NCBI GenBank assembly: GCA_964016885.1
Contig: OZ024742.1
Coordinates: 17,050,001-17,114,000 of the forward strand
DNA length: 64,000 bases
Direction: 5' to 3'
From: Eledone cirrhosa
Lineage: Eukaryota
Shown: positions 29,867 through 42,312 of the stretch, piece after piece
Position numbering within the stretch: the first letter of the stretch is position 1
Layout of the letters: each line of letters opens with the position of its first letter
Made by a program: the position numbers and the translations under genes
The notes under the pieces: generated by a model
Told to the model about the DNA's origin: nothing
Databases searched by the model: none
The model's input: only the letters and a program-made list of their open reading frames with translations

Positions 29867-30104
29867 GTACGGATATATATACATACATATATATATATAC
29901 GTACGGATATATATATACATACATATATATATATACGTACGGATAAACATATATATATATATATATAGATATATATATATATATATAATATATATATATA
30001 TATATGTTTATCCGTTCGGATCTAGGTATCGAAACGTTTGGAGCTCAGCCCTCGAGGTCCTGACTCTTTTCCTATACACACATATATATATATATATCCT
30101 CTTT

Positions 30105-30245
30105 GTTCTTCTACTTCTTCTTCACCTACTTATTACTTATAGGGTCGTGGTGTGGGGTGAAGAGACCTCAAACACACTTTCCAGCAGGTCCTGTCAGCAG
30201 CAACTCATCTCCAACCGATCCGCCCACTCTCCAAGCAAGACCAGT
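30105..30245 (-). mobile_element. RTE-like LINE 3' fragment
   Basis: Similar to 35630-35735 (caaacac..ttccag.aggtcctgtcag..g..ac) with a degenerate (CTT)n tail. Confidence 0.55.
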
Positions 30246-30412
30246 GAAAACATATATTCTACTCCAAACATGTCCTTTGTTCAACGAAAATGTTTATCTC
30301 CTGTCACATATTACAAGAAATGTGGAATTCGTTGTCTCTTGTGTCGATGTCTGCTTCTCTTTATCTACATTTCCTGCTGTCTGTTTTTTATTTGTATTAT
30401 TTTCCCAATAAA

Positions 30413-30605
30413 AAGGGCGGTGGATTGGCAGTATCGGTAGAAGGTCGGACGCCATGCTTTCCAGCATAGTTACGTCCCTTTACGAACTGAGTTCAAATCC
30501 CGCCGAGGTTTACTTTGCCTTTCATCCTTACGGGGTCGATAAAATAAAGTGCCAGTAATGTACTGGGATAATTGCTGGCCTTGTGCCAAAAGTAGAAACA
30601 ATTAT
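30413..30605 (+). mobile_element. Full-length Nin-domain SINE
   Basis: gggcggtggattggcagtatcggtag (A-box), gagttcaaatcc (B-box), Nin core. TSD attattttcccaataa. Confidence 0.92.
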
Positions 30606-30924
30606 TTTCCCAATAATCATTGTCTCCTAATCAGCAGGGTATAACTATCAAAAGATATTTTTTGTATATCTAACATCAAATATTATTGTAATGTAAGTGT
30701 TATGCCTCAACGTAATTTTACCTTGTAGTGCCTGTTTTGTATATAATATTCACACGCACGGATTTCGCGGTTGCTTTATCTATTTATAAACCTGTGAAGG
30801 TAGTGACACACAAAAAACACCTACACACCGCTTGGAAGCAGAAAATGCTATTGAGGAAATTACTTATTTCCGGATTTATTTTATTTGTAAAAGGGAGAAA
30901 ACGATGTTTCCACACATTCCGTCA

Positions 30925-30993
<69 letters not shown>

Positions 30994-31192
30994 AATATAT
31001 TTATATGTAAATATATTTATATATATATATTCATGTAAATAAATATATCTATATATATATATAAATATATATAAGTATATTTATTTATTTATGTATTGAT
31101 ATATATATATGTGTGTGTGTGTGTGTATGTGTGTGTACGTGTGTGTGTGTGTGTAAGTTTAGATATGCAATACGTACACACACCCACACACC

Positions 31193-31287
<95 letters not shown>

Positions 31288-31291
<4 letters not shown>

Positions 31292-31410
31292 AAGGGTGTG
31301 GTAAAATACCAGGTGGAACATAACCCACCAGAGTACTCGATACTTGGTGTAGTAGAGTGGGTAATGAATACGGATCTAGCTGTCGAAACGGCCGAAGCTC
31401 AGCCGCCTAT

Positions 31411-31411
<1 letters not shown>
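31288..31411 (+). mobile_element. Diverged copy of the 304-491/23529 repeat family
   Basis: gtggtaa..accaggtgga.cataac.caccagagtactc.atactt..gtagtagagtgggtaat...gtcgaaacggc..agctcagc. Confidence 0.65.
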
Positions 31412-31481
<70 letters not shown>

Positions 31482-31665
31482 CGAGTATTTATACTTATTT
31501 CATATATTATTTGATTTCAAACGAATGAAGCAGCTCTAGTCCTGTGGATGTAATTTCTGTATGAAATATATATATGTTATCTCTGCTAACGTATTGAGTG
31601 TTGTGTTTAACTGGTTTCTTTTAAATCACCTTCGGAAATCCATTCTTAATTATTATACATATACG

Positions 31666-31742
<77 letters not shown>

Positions 31743-32252
31743 GAAACGGGAGACCCTGAATAGACAGATGTGTGTGTTTGTATTCAGGTGAAGATGTATT
31801 TCTATGAATGATTACAGACAAAGGTGAGGTAAAAGGACGACTAATTAAATATTAGAAACACAAAGCTTCATTCATATATTTATTCTATATACTTACAAGA
31901 TATTTCAAATCTCTTCGTCTCTCTTTTCACTCCTTTGCCTCTGTCCATCCCTTGCTATTATCCTCTTTGTGGCGTCTATCTACTTCCCTCTTTCTCTTTT
32001 GTGATGTGTTGTTTGGGGTTGTGTGATGTCTGCTATGCCAACAATGTTTGCTATATACAGCATCTGATATTCCGGCGTAATGTTAAATTAGTTAAAAACA
32101 ATTTATTAAATTATGAAACCTGATGAAAGTCACATATTACTCATAAACATGAAAGCCCGTTCAGTATTTCAAGCGCCAACAGCTTCAGTTTAAACAAGGT
32201 TTCGCTCAGAATAATAGAGTGATGATACCTTACTGTATATGTTGCTTTGGAA

Positions 32253-32625
32253 ATAATTGTTTCAACTTTAGGCACAAGGCTAGCAATTAACCAGTGCATT
32301 ACTGGTACTTTATTTTATCGACCCCGTAAGGATGAAAGGCAAAGTCAACCTCCGCGGGATTCGAACTCAGATCGTAAAGGGACGTAACTATGCTGGAAAG
32401 CATGGCGTCCAACACTCTACCGATACTGCCAATCCAATGATTTCTGTAAGGTGGGGGAAAGGGTAAAATCGATTATATTGACCCAGTATGTAAAAGTTAC
32501 TTTAATTTATCGACCGCGGAGAGATCAAAGACAAAGTTGACCTCGGCGGGATTTGAATTCAGAATGTAAAGAGTATGAACAAATGACACAATGGATTTTG
32601 TCCTACGCTCTATCGATTCTGCCGT
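32253..32625 (-). mobile_element. Two adjacent Nin-domain SINEs (young type 32253-32436; older subfamily with extra gggtc/aatcga segment 32437-32625)
   Basis: Two successive reverse-complement Nin cores and tRNA heads. Confidence 0.8.
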
Positions 32626-32744
32626 CCTATTTCTATACTAAATTCCGCAGTTATTAAATCTGCAGTATGCAGGGAATTATGCAATATTAATAGTGCACCA
32701 TTCCATGCAGCGATCGGTGTATCACGTGTCTCTAGAATAATAAA

Positions 32745-32934
32745 ATAACTGTTTCTACTTTTGGCACAATGCCAGCAAATACTCAGTACATTACTGGTAC
32801 TTTATTTTATCGACCCCGTAAGGATGAAAGGCAAAGTCAACCTCGGCGGGATTTGAACTCAGACCGTAAAGGGACGTAACTATGCTGGAAAGCATGGCGT
32901 CCGACTCTCTACCGATACTGCCAATCCACCGCCC
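32745..32934 (-). mobile_element. Full-length Nin-domain SINE
   Basis: Consensus-like copy with TSD ctagaataataaaataac. Confidence 0.92.
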
Positions 32935-33526
32935 TAGAATAATAAAATAACGTAAAATATGTAGTTTTCTCACACAGGTATAGCATAAACAGAACAGAAA
33001 CCTCCACGGGAATCATACCATGTCTCTGACATGTTTCGGACACCCACGTTTCACGATTACCACAGAGTACATCTCATCATTAATTACCATCAACTCAAAC
33101 TATAACCGTTCAAGCAGAAATGTAAATAACATTTACTTTATTTACGGAGCGCTGGAGAATACGAAATTTTAAGAATTTTTCGTAAATTAGACAAGTGCTG
33201 TTTGCATTTCCTGCGTAAAAATTAAACGTCTAAAAGAAGGAATTATCAACCAGGTGCACTCAGGTGTACTCAGGTGTAATGGTTGAACACAGTCATCTTG
33301 AATACGGCAGGTTTGGGATTCGATATACACTTTTATCGTCTCCAGGGGTCCAATACGTAAGATATTCAACAATCATTTTAATTACGTTTTGGTGGCTTAC
33401 CTAAAGCGCTCTAATATATTTGCATACATGTATATATGTATGTATTTCCATAAGATATCTATATATATCTATATCTTATATATATATATATACATATATA
33501 TAGATATACATACATATATATGTATG

Positions 33527-33565
<39 letters not shown>

Positions 33566-33678
33566 TCACACACACATATATATATGTACATATATATATA
33601 AATATATGTGTATGTACATGTATATATATTTATATATATATATATATATATATACGTGTGAATATGTACGCATATATA

Positions 33679-33760
<82 letters not shown>

Positions 33761-34081
33761 TGTGTGTGTGTAGGTGTGTTTATGTCTGTGAATGTTTATA
33801 CATGCATATGAAGGTAAGTGTATATATTACCTACAGCCTGCCAAGCTAATTAGTGGGCAAAGTTCCACCTAGAAAGTGGTAATTGGTAAGTCATTTATAA
33901 CAAAACAATATTTTTCCCTTCCTTCATAGGAAATATTCCGGTAATAAACCATTTATAGCTAGTTTCCTATATTTTACCTGGCTTAATTATTATCCCAACA
34001 GCAACGAGACTGGAGATGCGGAAAGTAACACTAACTTATTCTTACATATATATATAACTTATTCTTATATATATATATATT

Positions 34082-34175
<94 letters not shown>

Positions 34176-34187
34176 CATATATATATC

Positions 34188-34220
<33 letters not shown>

Positions 34221-34230
34221 ATATATATAT

Positions 34231-34331
<101 letters not shown>

Positions 34332-34679
34332 CATATATATATATATATACACACATATATATATATACACACACGCATATATATATATATATATATCTAA
34401 ATCCAAAATTAAGATAAAATATATATATAAAATATATATATAAAATATATATATACATATATAAATATATATATATATTATATATAATATATATATAAAA
34501 TATATATATACATATATATATATACATATAATATATACATATTTATTTATATATATATGTATGTATGAATGTATTTATACATATATTTGTGCGTCTGAGT
34601 ATGCGCGTATGCATGGATATGAATATGTGTATAATGTCGAAAAGGCAAGAGCCCAGCCGTCGAGCCCCAATTCTCTCTA

Positions 34680-34756
<77 letters not shown>

Positions 34757-35040
34757 CGGAACTTCATTTCCGTGTCGCTGTATAATAGCTATAAGTTATT
34801 TGCTGATTAATAAAACATCTTGAAAATTCTATCTTAAATATTTTAGACAAAAGAAAAGAAATCTCTTTTAATTCATTTCTAAAAATGATTCATTAAATTT
34901 TCTCACTCATTTTTTCATTTACTGGTTCATTATAAGTCTGTTCTGTCTATTTTCTCTTCCTAGGCTTCAAAATGTTTAAATCATTGCGTTGTCCTTCCAC
35001 GTGTTTTGTAGAGATTTTATATATTTATATTTTGTTCATT

Positions 35041-35218
35041 ATAATTGTTTCTACTTTTGGCACAAGGCCAGCAAATAACCAGTGTATTACTGGTACTTTA
35101 TTTTATCGACCCCGTAAGGATGAAAGGCAAAGTTAACCGCGACGGGATTTGAACTCAGACCGTAAAGGGATGTAACTATGCTAGAAAGCATGGTGTCCGA
35201 CCCTCTACCGATACCACC
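35041..35218 (-). mobile_element. Nin-domain SINE
   Basis: Nin core plus head. TSD tatatttt(t)gttcattataat. Confidence 0.9.
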
Positions 35219-35314
35219 TCTATATTTTGTTCATTATAATGCACTCTACAACTTTTCCTTCTATGATGAGACCTATGTTTTGAAATCTACTAAGATGCAG
35301 AAATATAGCATGTC

Positions 35315-35347
<33 letters not shown>

Positions 35348-35389
35348 ACAAAATATAAACTTACTCTTTCAGTATAAATATTCATTAAT

Positions 35390-35520
35390 ACGGCCCTTTA
35401 TGGTCTCAGTTCAAATCCCGCCGAGGTTAACTTTGCCTTTCATCCTTACGGGGTCGATAACATAAAGTACCAGTAATACACTGGGATAATTGCTGGCCTT
35501 GTGCCAAAAGTAGAAACAAA
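35390..35520 (+). mobile_element. 5'-truncated Nin-domain SINE
   Basis: gttcaaatcccgccgaggttaactttgcctttcatcc...agaaacaa. Confidence 0.85.
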
Positions 35521-35540
35521 TATTCATTGATACACAACAC

Positions 35541-35885
35541 CTTCTTCTTCTTCTTCTTCTTCTTCTTCTTCTTCTTCTTCTTCTTCTTCTTCTTCTTCTT
35601 CTTCTTCTTCTTCTTCTTCTTCTTCTTCTTCCTGAGAGGATTGTGGGGTCCAGAGTCTTCAAACACTCCTTCCAGTAGGTCCTGTCAGAAGAAACAACCG
35701 GCTCCAACTGATCCGACTGGATCCCCACGCGAGACCAGCCAAGCGCATGGTTATTATCCAACCATCTTGCTCGGGATCTACCACTTGGGTCTCCCGCCAG
35801 TTGATTTTGCCCGTAAAACCTGTCCAGCGATTCTTTCCTGAGACATTCTAACCCCATGGCCATGGATCGGGGCTGTGATCTCTCA
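35541..35885 (-). mobile_element. RTE-like LINE 3' fragment with (GAA)n tail
   Basis: Minus-strand translation G..PSGRSRARWLDN...SDRTYWKECLK, followed by ~30 GAA repeats ((CTT)n at 35541-35631). Confidence 0.7.
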
Positions 35886-36378
35886 ATTAGGCGATACATA
35901 ACGTTGATACACAACGATTTTCCAAATTGGATATAGAGTATTGGATGATAAACACACTGTCAGTTATTATTGAATATTATTTCTATATTATACCTTTATT
36001 CAAGTGGGAAGATCGTGCTGCTAACCACTGTATCAAGATATGCACGGAATATATGTAATCTTATTTTTCAATTCGTTAATCATGGAATCACCATCGACAA
36101 TGTTGTAGGATAATCATGCATCATTCAATCTTAAAGGTAATAACATTCCTTATTCTTTGCAGAGAACATCACTTCCATAAACTCGTTCTCGTTCGATTTT
36201 CCCAATGGTAATACATGCACGACATGTGTTAGCATGAACACTATTACACTGCATCACTTCCTCTGTCGACCTTACAAGCTAAATGTTAAGATATAATTAA
36301 ATGAGTTATCATCTGGTTCCACAGACATTCTCTTTCATATTTCCTGTCGGCAATAATTAATTTTAAAATATTTAATAT

Positions 36379-36572
36379 TGGCGGTGGATTGGGAGTATCG
36401 GTAGAGGGTCGGACACCATGATTTCCACCATAGAGTTATGTGCCTTTACGGACTGAGTTCAAATCCCGCCGAGATTAACTTTACCTTTCATCCTTACGGG
36501 GTCGAAAAAATAAAGTACCAATAATATACTGGGATAATTGCTGGTCTTGTGCCAAAAGTAGAAACAATTATT
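36379..36572 (+). mobile_element. Full-length Nin-domain SINE
   Basis: Head, B-box, Nin core and tail. Confidence 0.9.
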
Positions 36573-37334
36573 ACATGTCACATATATCTCGATATACTGT
36601 ATATATATCACACATACCTGCAGTATCAATATAACATGTAGGGACTTACTGGTATGTACTGTGTTGACGATCAACGTACGAACAAATCAACTAATGAACT
36701 GCCTCTTGGGACATAAATCGTTCGTAATTTGGGGACTTATTGCAACGATAATCAAAATTCGAGCCAGAAACACGCAGAATTAACATTCAGTAAAAATACA
36801 TTTGTGAAAGATCTAAAAATATTCTTAACTGGAAATGCTGAACATAACAAAAATCTAGAAGTGGCAATAATTCTTCTTTGCGATTAGCGCTAGACCATCC
36901 CAAAGGTAAAAAAGGCTAACGATAGAACTACACCAGTAATAAAATACAAACATAAGCAACACTTAATATCAATATCACCAGATTAAGTCAAATAATATAT
37001 GTAGCAACAACAGTAACTAGAAAGGTATACGAGTGCTTCCGCCAGATTATTCTGAGAGAGATAAAAAGTGTATTATGTAGATTAAGGTAATATATTCCTA
37101 CTGATATATGATAGAGGAGGTAATTTAGCAGAGTTTTCAAGAACGACCAATAGAATGTCTGGCTCTATTAGTTAAGGTCTGCGTTCAAATCCCGTTCAGT
37201 CAATTGTGCTCTTTATCCTTTTGGAGGTTACATAAATATTCCTCTAGCCAGTTCCCCCTTCATCTCTCTCTCTCTCTCTCTCTTTCTTTCTATATTTCTA
37301 TCTTTCTTTCTTTCTATCTCTCTCTCGGACAAGA

Positions 37335-37850
37335 TGCCTTATGGCATAGATTTACGGCCCTTTATTATCTGAGTTTAAATCTAGCCGAGATTAACTTTGC
37401 TTTTCATCCTTACGGGGTCGATAAAATAAAGTACCAATAATGCGCTGGGGTCGATTTAATCGACTTTCCCTTCTCCCCAAATTGCTGGCCTGGTGCCTAT
37501 TGTAGAAATCCTTATTGGTGGTTTGGCAGTAGTGGTAGAGTGTCAGATACCATGCTTTTCAGCATAGAGTTACGGCCCTTTACGTTCTGAGCTCAAATCG
37601 GCCGAGTTTAACTTTGCCTTTCATCCTTACGGGGTCGATAAAATAAAGTACCAGTAATGCGCTGGCGTAATTGCTGTCCTTGTGCCAAAAGTAGAAACAT
37701 TATTATTATTATTAATCCCGCCGAGGTTAGCTTTCCTTTCATCCTTACGGTGTCGATAAAATAAAGTACCAGTAATGCGCTGGGGTCGATGTAATTGACT
37801 TTCCTCTCTTCCAAAATTGTTGCCCTTGTTCTTTAATCAGAGACCAATAT
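37335..37850 (+). mobile_element. Cluster of three tandem Nin-domain SINE copies (37335-37510, 37517-37705, 37714-37850)
   Basis: Three successive catccttacgg.gtcgataaaataaagtacca cores. Two carry the ggggtcgat..aat.gacttt extension. Confidence 0.85.
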
Positions 37851-38276
37851 TAGGAAACATGATTTATTTCTGATCAGAAATTGATGTATGTTGAGTTTAT
37901 ATCTTAATGTTTCTAGTTATAGGCAATTAATTAAACACTATTTAATTAATTCTATTTCAAATGAAATGTTCATTTGCAAGTTTTAATATGAACGCTTACG
38001 GGATATTTCGAGATTTTGGATATTAAGTAAAAGAACTTACAAAAGGAATGTAATGATAAAATGATCTTTTTAAAACTACTTTATTCCACTTACTACAAAG
38101 TTAGGAAAAGTAAAAGAACATTGTTTCGTGTTGTACGCCAAGGGAAGAACGATGCAAATGTGCTTGTCTATTAATGCGAGTACAGACACATACACTTATA
38201 CATACAAACACTCACACACACACACATTTATACACACACACACACGCACACACACATATATATATATATATATATG

Positions 38277-38327
38277 AGTTTCAGAAGATCCCGTTAAGGG
38301 TGAAAGCAGCGATTCTTTGCTTAAACT
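38277..38327 (+). ncRNA. Hammerhead-like motif with CAGAAGA core
   Basis: Stem I AGTTT/AAACT, stem II CCC/GGG closed by T.T, stem III AGCA/TGCT, site CUU. The tail (38328-38429) matches 27885-27988 and is interrupted by a SINE. Confidence 0.6.
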
Positions 38328-38429
38328 TTAATCTGTTATTTTAATAAATATTTGCTCTAGGGTACTTATATATTTGATATATATTTATCCTTATCGAGCG
38401 CTGTTTGGATTTTAGTCTTCACATTTATT

Positions 38430-38613
38430 TGGATTGGCAGTAACGGTAGAGGGTCGGACGCCATGCTTTCCAGCATAGTTACGTCCCTTTACGATCTGAG
38501 TTCAAATCCCGCCGAGGTTGACTTTGCCTTTCATCCTTACGGGGTCGATAAAATAAAGTACCAGTAATGCACTGGATAATTGCTGGCCTTGTGCCTAAAG
38601 TAGAAACAATTAT
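38430..38613 (+). mobile_element. Nin-domain SINE inserted into the tail of the hammerhead element
   Basis: Consensus-like SINE starting right after cttcacatttatt. Confidence 0.9.
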
Positions 38614-38651
<38 letters not shown>

Positions 38652-38697
38652 GAAATGACAGGAGGCTGGATTTGTGTAAATCCTTGAAAGGTTTATT

Positions 38698-38755
38698 ATA
38701 CTATGATCATTTCAATGACCGGGTTCCTTATGAATCCGGTGATATCATCAGGTAT
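38698..38755 (-). ncRNA. Type I hammerhead ribozyme (Penelope pLTR type) with intact core
   Basis: Minus strand: ATAC, CTGATGA, T, ATcACCGGaTTC-ataag-GAAcCCGGTcAT, T, GAAA, palindromic TGATCA, TA, GTAT, then AATAAA. It lies in a ~370-bp island (38648-39020) between (TA)n runs. Confidence 0.75.
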
Positions 38756-39017
38756 TCGAAATATAATACGTGAATGTAATAGATAAAATCCATGGGGCTG
38801 AAAATCGAGGACCCGAGGGCGACCGCTATTCTGTTCCTTCAACCTCAGCCGGTCGCCCTGGAGTGACGTGGCTAAAGTTTATAGTATGCTACTACCGGTT
38901 AGATAAACGAAAACAGAAAGGGATGGGAACATAAGTTAGAGTACTCTCTATATTATTGCATTACGATTGACCATACGGAATAGACCAGCTATATACAGTG
39001 GTGAACCTCAAACCTGA

Positions 39018-39083
<66 letters not shown>

Positions 39084-39447
39084 GCACACTCAAAGCCATT
39101 GCTTTCCCAGGTGCCTCTAACTACTGATTTTAGTGTGAGAGAGGTATTGTGTCGTCATTGTTATATCTACCATTGTGTTTCATCCTAGAACAACTCTTAT
39201 GAAACAGAGTTATGATTAAAGATATTCTAGCTGCGATCAAATTGTCTTTTCATAGATAGTTCATCTCAAAACGATCTACTAAGTCAATAAAACCCTTACC
39301 TCGCCATCACCCGTGATAATGTTTCGAGCGTGTTGGCTTGTCTCAACGTTTTACACTGACCTTGTGAAGGGCGGCCATTTGTCGGACATGGTGGTGAGTT
39401 GATGGTCGCTTTCGTTTTTGTTTGTGCTTCTTATTTTTGTGTATTAT

Positions 39448-39632
39448 GTGGATTAGCAGTATCGGTAGAAGGTCGGTCGCTATGCTTTGTAGCATAGAGT
39501 TGCGCCCTTTACCATCTGAGTTCAAATCCCGCTGATGTTAACTTTGCCTTTCATCCTTGCAGGGTCGATAAAATAAAGTACCACTAATGCACTGGGTAAT
39601 TGCTGGCCTTGTGCCAAAAGTAGAAACAATTA
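39448..39632 (+). mobile_element. Nin-domain SINE
   Basis: Head, B-box, Nin core and tail. Confidence 0.88.
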
Positions 39633-39904
39633 TATTTGATATATTTTTGTTTATTATATTTGTGAGGTTCCTAGCAATAATTAATTGTATTTTTTATGTG
39701 TTTATATTTCCATTCTGTAAGGATTTGTAATTCCGATTGCTATGTTTGTGTGTGCTTCGGTATGTGTGTATGTTGTTGTGTGTAGTTTATTAATTGTGTT
39801 TGGTATATAACGTTTAACTGTGGCAGTAGCTGTGGTGTTGGTGGTACTAGTGTTGTAGCTAGTTTTATTAAATCTGACTGATAAAATGACAAGTCAGTCA
39901 ATCA

Positions 39905-40065
39905 TATTGTTGGCCTCCCCACAGCCCCGGCGGACAGAATAGAGAAGGCGTATCCCCGGAGAACGGCATGGGAGACGCGCTGGAAAAGCCATTCCAACTC
40001 GCGGGGCTCATACCTGCGGCTGGCCAGCTCAGCGCCTATGGTGATGAGTAGGGAGGTAGTTAAGG
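39905..40065 (-). mobile_element. CRE-clade non-LTR 3' fragment
   Basis: ORF tail ..IGAELASRRYEPRELEWLFQRVSHAVLRGYAFSILSAG. Homologous to 1635-1790, with a shorter copy at 41660-41730. Confidence 0.6.
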
Positions 40066-41107
40066 ATTTGATTTCTGAAAGCGTTTCACTGAATTCAACA
40101 AGCCTAGACTTTCGCAACACCTTACACAAATGAATAGTGGAGATGATATAGGACATGTTTGTGTATCATAGAAACAGAGCCTCTCCACATATAGTTATCC
40201 AGCTGAATTGATAACCATATAACGTTTATATTTCAAATATATTTCTCATAAAAGTTATATCAGTTATATGATGCGAGTGTCACTTCTTTACTATACTTTT
40301 ATAACTTCTTGTTTGATTTATATCATAGTATTTATATCACCGTCTCTAAACAATAAACTTTAATATAGATATTAATACAAGTGTACGCTCTAAAACAATA
40401 TATAGTTTGGTTCTCTTGGGTCTCTTAATCGATAAACGGTGACTAGTAAGAAGAGATGGTATAGCTCCAATGTAAATTATTGATGAAGACTTTACATAAT
40501 GACACGTTCTGCTAAAAATAGCAGCCACATGTCCTTCAAATATCAGTTTATTATTTAACATAATTAAGGAACATATAAGACAATCTAGTAATTGTATTTG
40601 AACATTAGAGGTATTTCATTTTGGATACTGTAAAATACCTATGAAAGTATTTAGTGTATTGTGGGAAGATTAATTGTTGCAGATTACAAAGGAAGGAATA
40701 TTTTTTAAATATTTTATTTTGGTATGTTTAAAACTTATTATGTTCTCTTTACATATATCTTCCTCTGGGGCGGCGTTTCTACTCCTCCCTCCAGATTCGG
40801 TAAAATAAGTACCTCGCCTTTAAGAAGTTGTTAAAATGACAACACGTACAGACTTTATTAAGACATGCTAACATAAGCATGAAGAACTGCATTAATAGCA
40901 GTCAAATTTCCCTCAAATCTCACTTCATCATGAATACAGAGATACATTAGATAATGGTCCTACATAACCGTGAAATGGTATGTTGGTCATAACTGGAGTG
41001 TCTTTGTTCATTATCTGCTCTCCATCAGGGATGATGTGAGACTAAACAACCGTCATATATATAAATATGAGTTGAGAACATATATAAGTATACATGCATA
41101 TATATAT

Positions 41108-41185
<78 letters not shown>

Positions 41186-42119
41186 CCAGGGAGAAAGAGA
41201 AGATTATTAGGAAGAAAATTATATTTTTTTCCTTTTTTGTTTCTCTCTCTCTTTTTTCTGGGTTAGAAAATGATTAAAACGAAATATTTTACTTTGTGCG
41301 AAGTGTTAAGGTAGTAGTTGATTTATTTATTATTTAACAATGGCATTTATTTATCTATTTATATATTTAATTATTGTCTATTACCGGTTTCAGCATTTTT
41401 ATGCATTATCAAATGATAGTGAAATGTATTAGTGTGGTGTCGCACATGTTAAACAGAAGGTGCAGAAAGAATAATGTTATTTACAAACAAGGTTTATGAA
41501 GTGAAAAGAAAAAAAGAAAAAGGAAAACAAAACGTGCATAATGTGGAACCTAAAAAGTCAATGTGGAAGAAAAAATAATGTTATTTACAAGCAAAGTCAT
41601 TGAAGTTATATATATATATGTTGAAATATGACGAGTAACCGAATTCAACTAACATATTCTTCTCTCCCCACAGCCCCAGCGGACAGAATGGAGAAGGTGT
41701 TTCCCCGGAGGACGTCAAGGGAGACGCGTGGCTGTGTTGATTCTGTTTTTTTTTATTTTATTTTTAAAATAAAGTATAGAAATCAATCAAACATTCAATA
41801 TTCGTTGTAGCTATTTCTACAACAGCGGTTGTATTATTGTGTGTTATCCATTCATTGCACTTCTAGATGTTATCCTATGATATACCATAGGTGGAGATTT
41901 CCCGGTATTAACTGTTGTGTAGGATTTTGATAACAACTTGATTTGACATTAACTCTTGTCAGTTTGTTGTTGATGTCCACACAACATGAATTAATGAAAT
42001 GCGGCTTCGCATGATACCTAATATCAGAAAATTAGAAACGTTTCTTATAATAAATAATAAACTTTCCATTGTGAGCGACAGTGTTGATCTGATCAGACAC
42101 AGTAAAAAGACAAAGAATA

Positions 42120-42312
42120 TAATTGTATCTACTTTTTGAAATAGGCCAGCAATTACAGTGTATTTCAGGTACTTTATTTTATCAACCCCGTAAGGATGAA
42201 AAGCAAAGGTAACCTTCGCGGGAAAGAGCCGAACTCAGAATGAAAAGGGCCGTAACTCTTAGCGTCAAAGCATGGTGTCAGACCCACTACCGATACTGCC
42301 AATCCACCACCC
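42120..42312 (-). mobile_element. Diverged Nin-domain SINE that anchors the giant 45-bp array
   Basis: aattgtatctacttttt..ggccagcaatt..ggtactttattttatcaaccccgtaaggatgaaa..gaactcag..gtaactct..agcatggtgtcagacc continues directly into the array. Confidence 0.85.

Noticed and set aside
30413-30500. SINE heads as tRNA genes
   Set aside because: A and B boxes are present but there is no complete cloverleaf, and each continues into the Nin domain and tail.
36690-37050. Possible very old LINE RT remnant (FRNLGT...)
   Set aside because: Only a faint motif resemblance, which needs a translated search.
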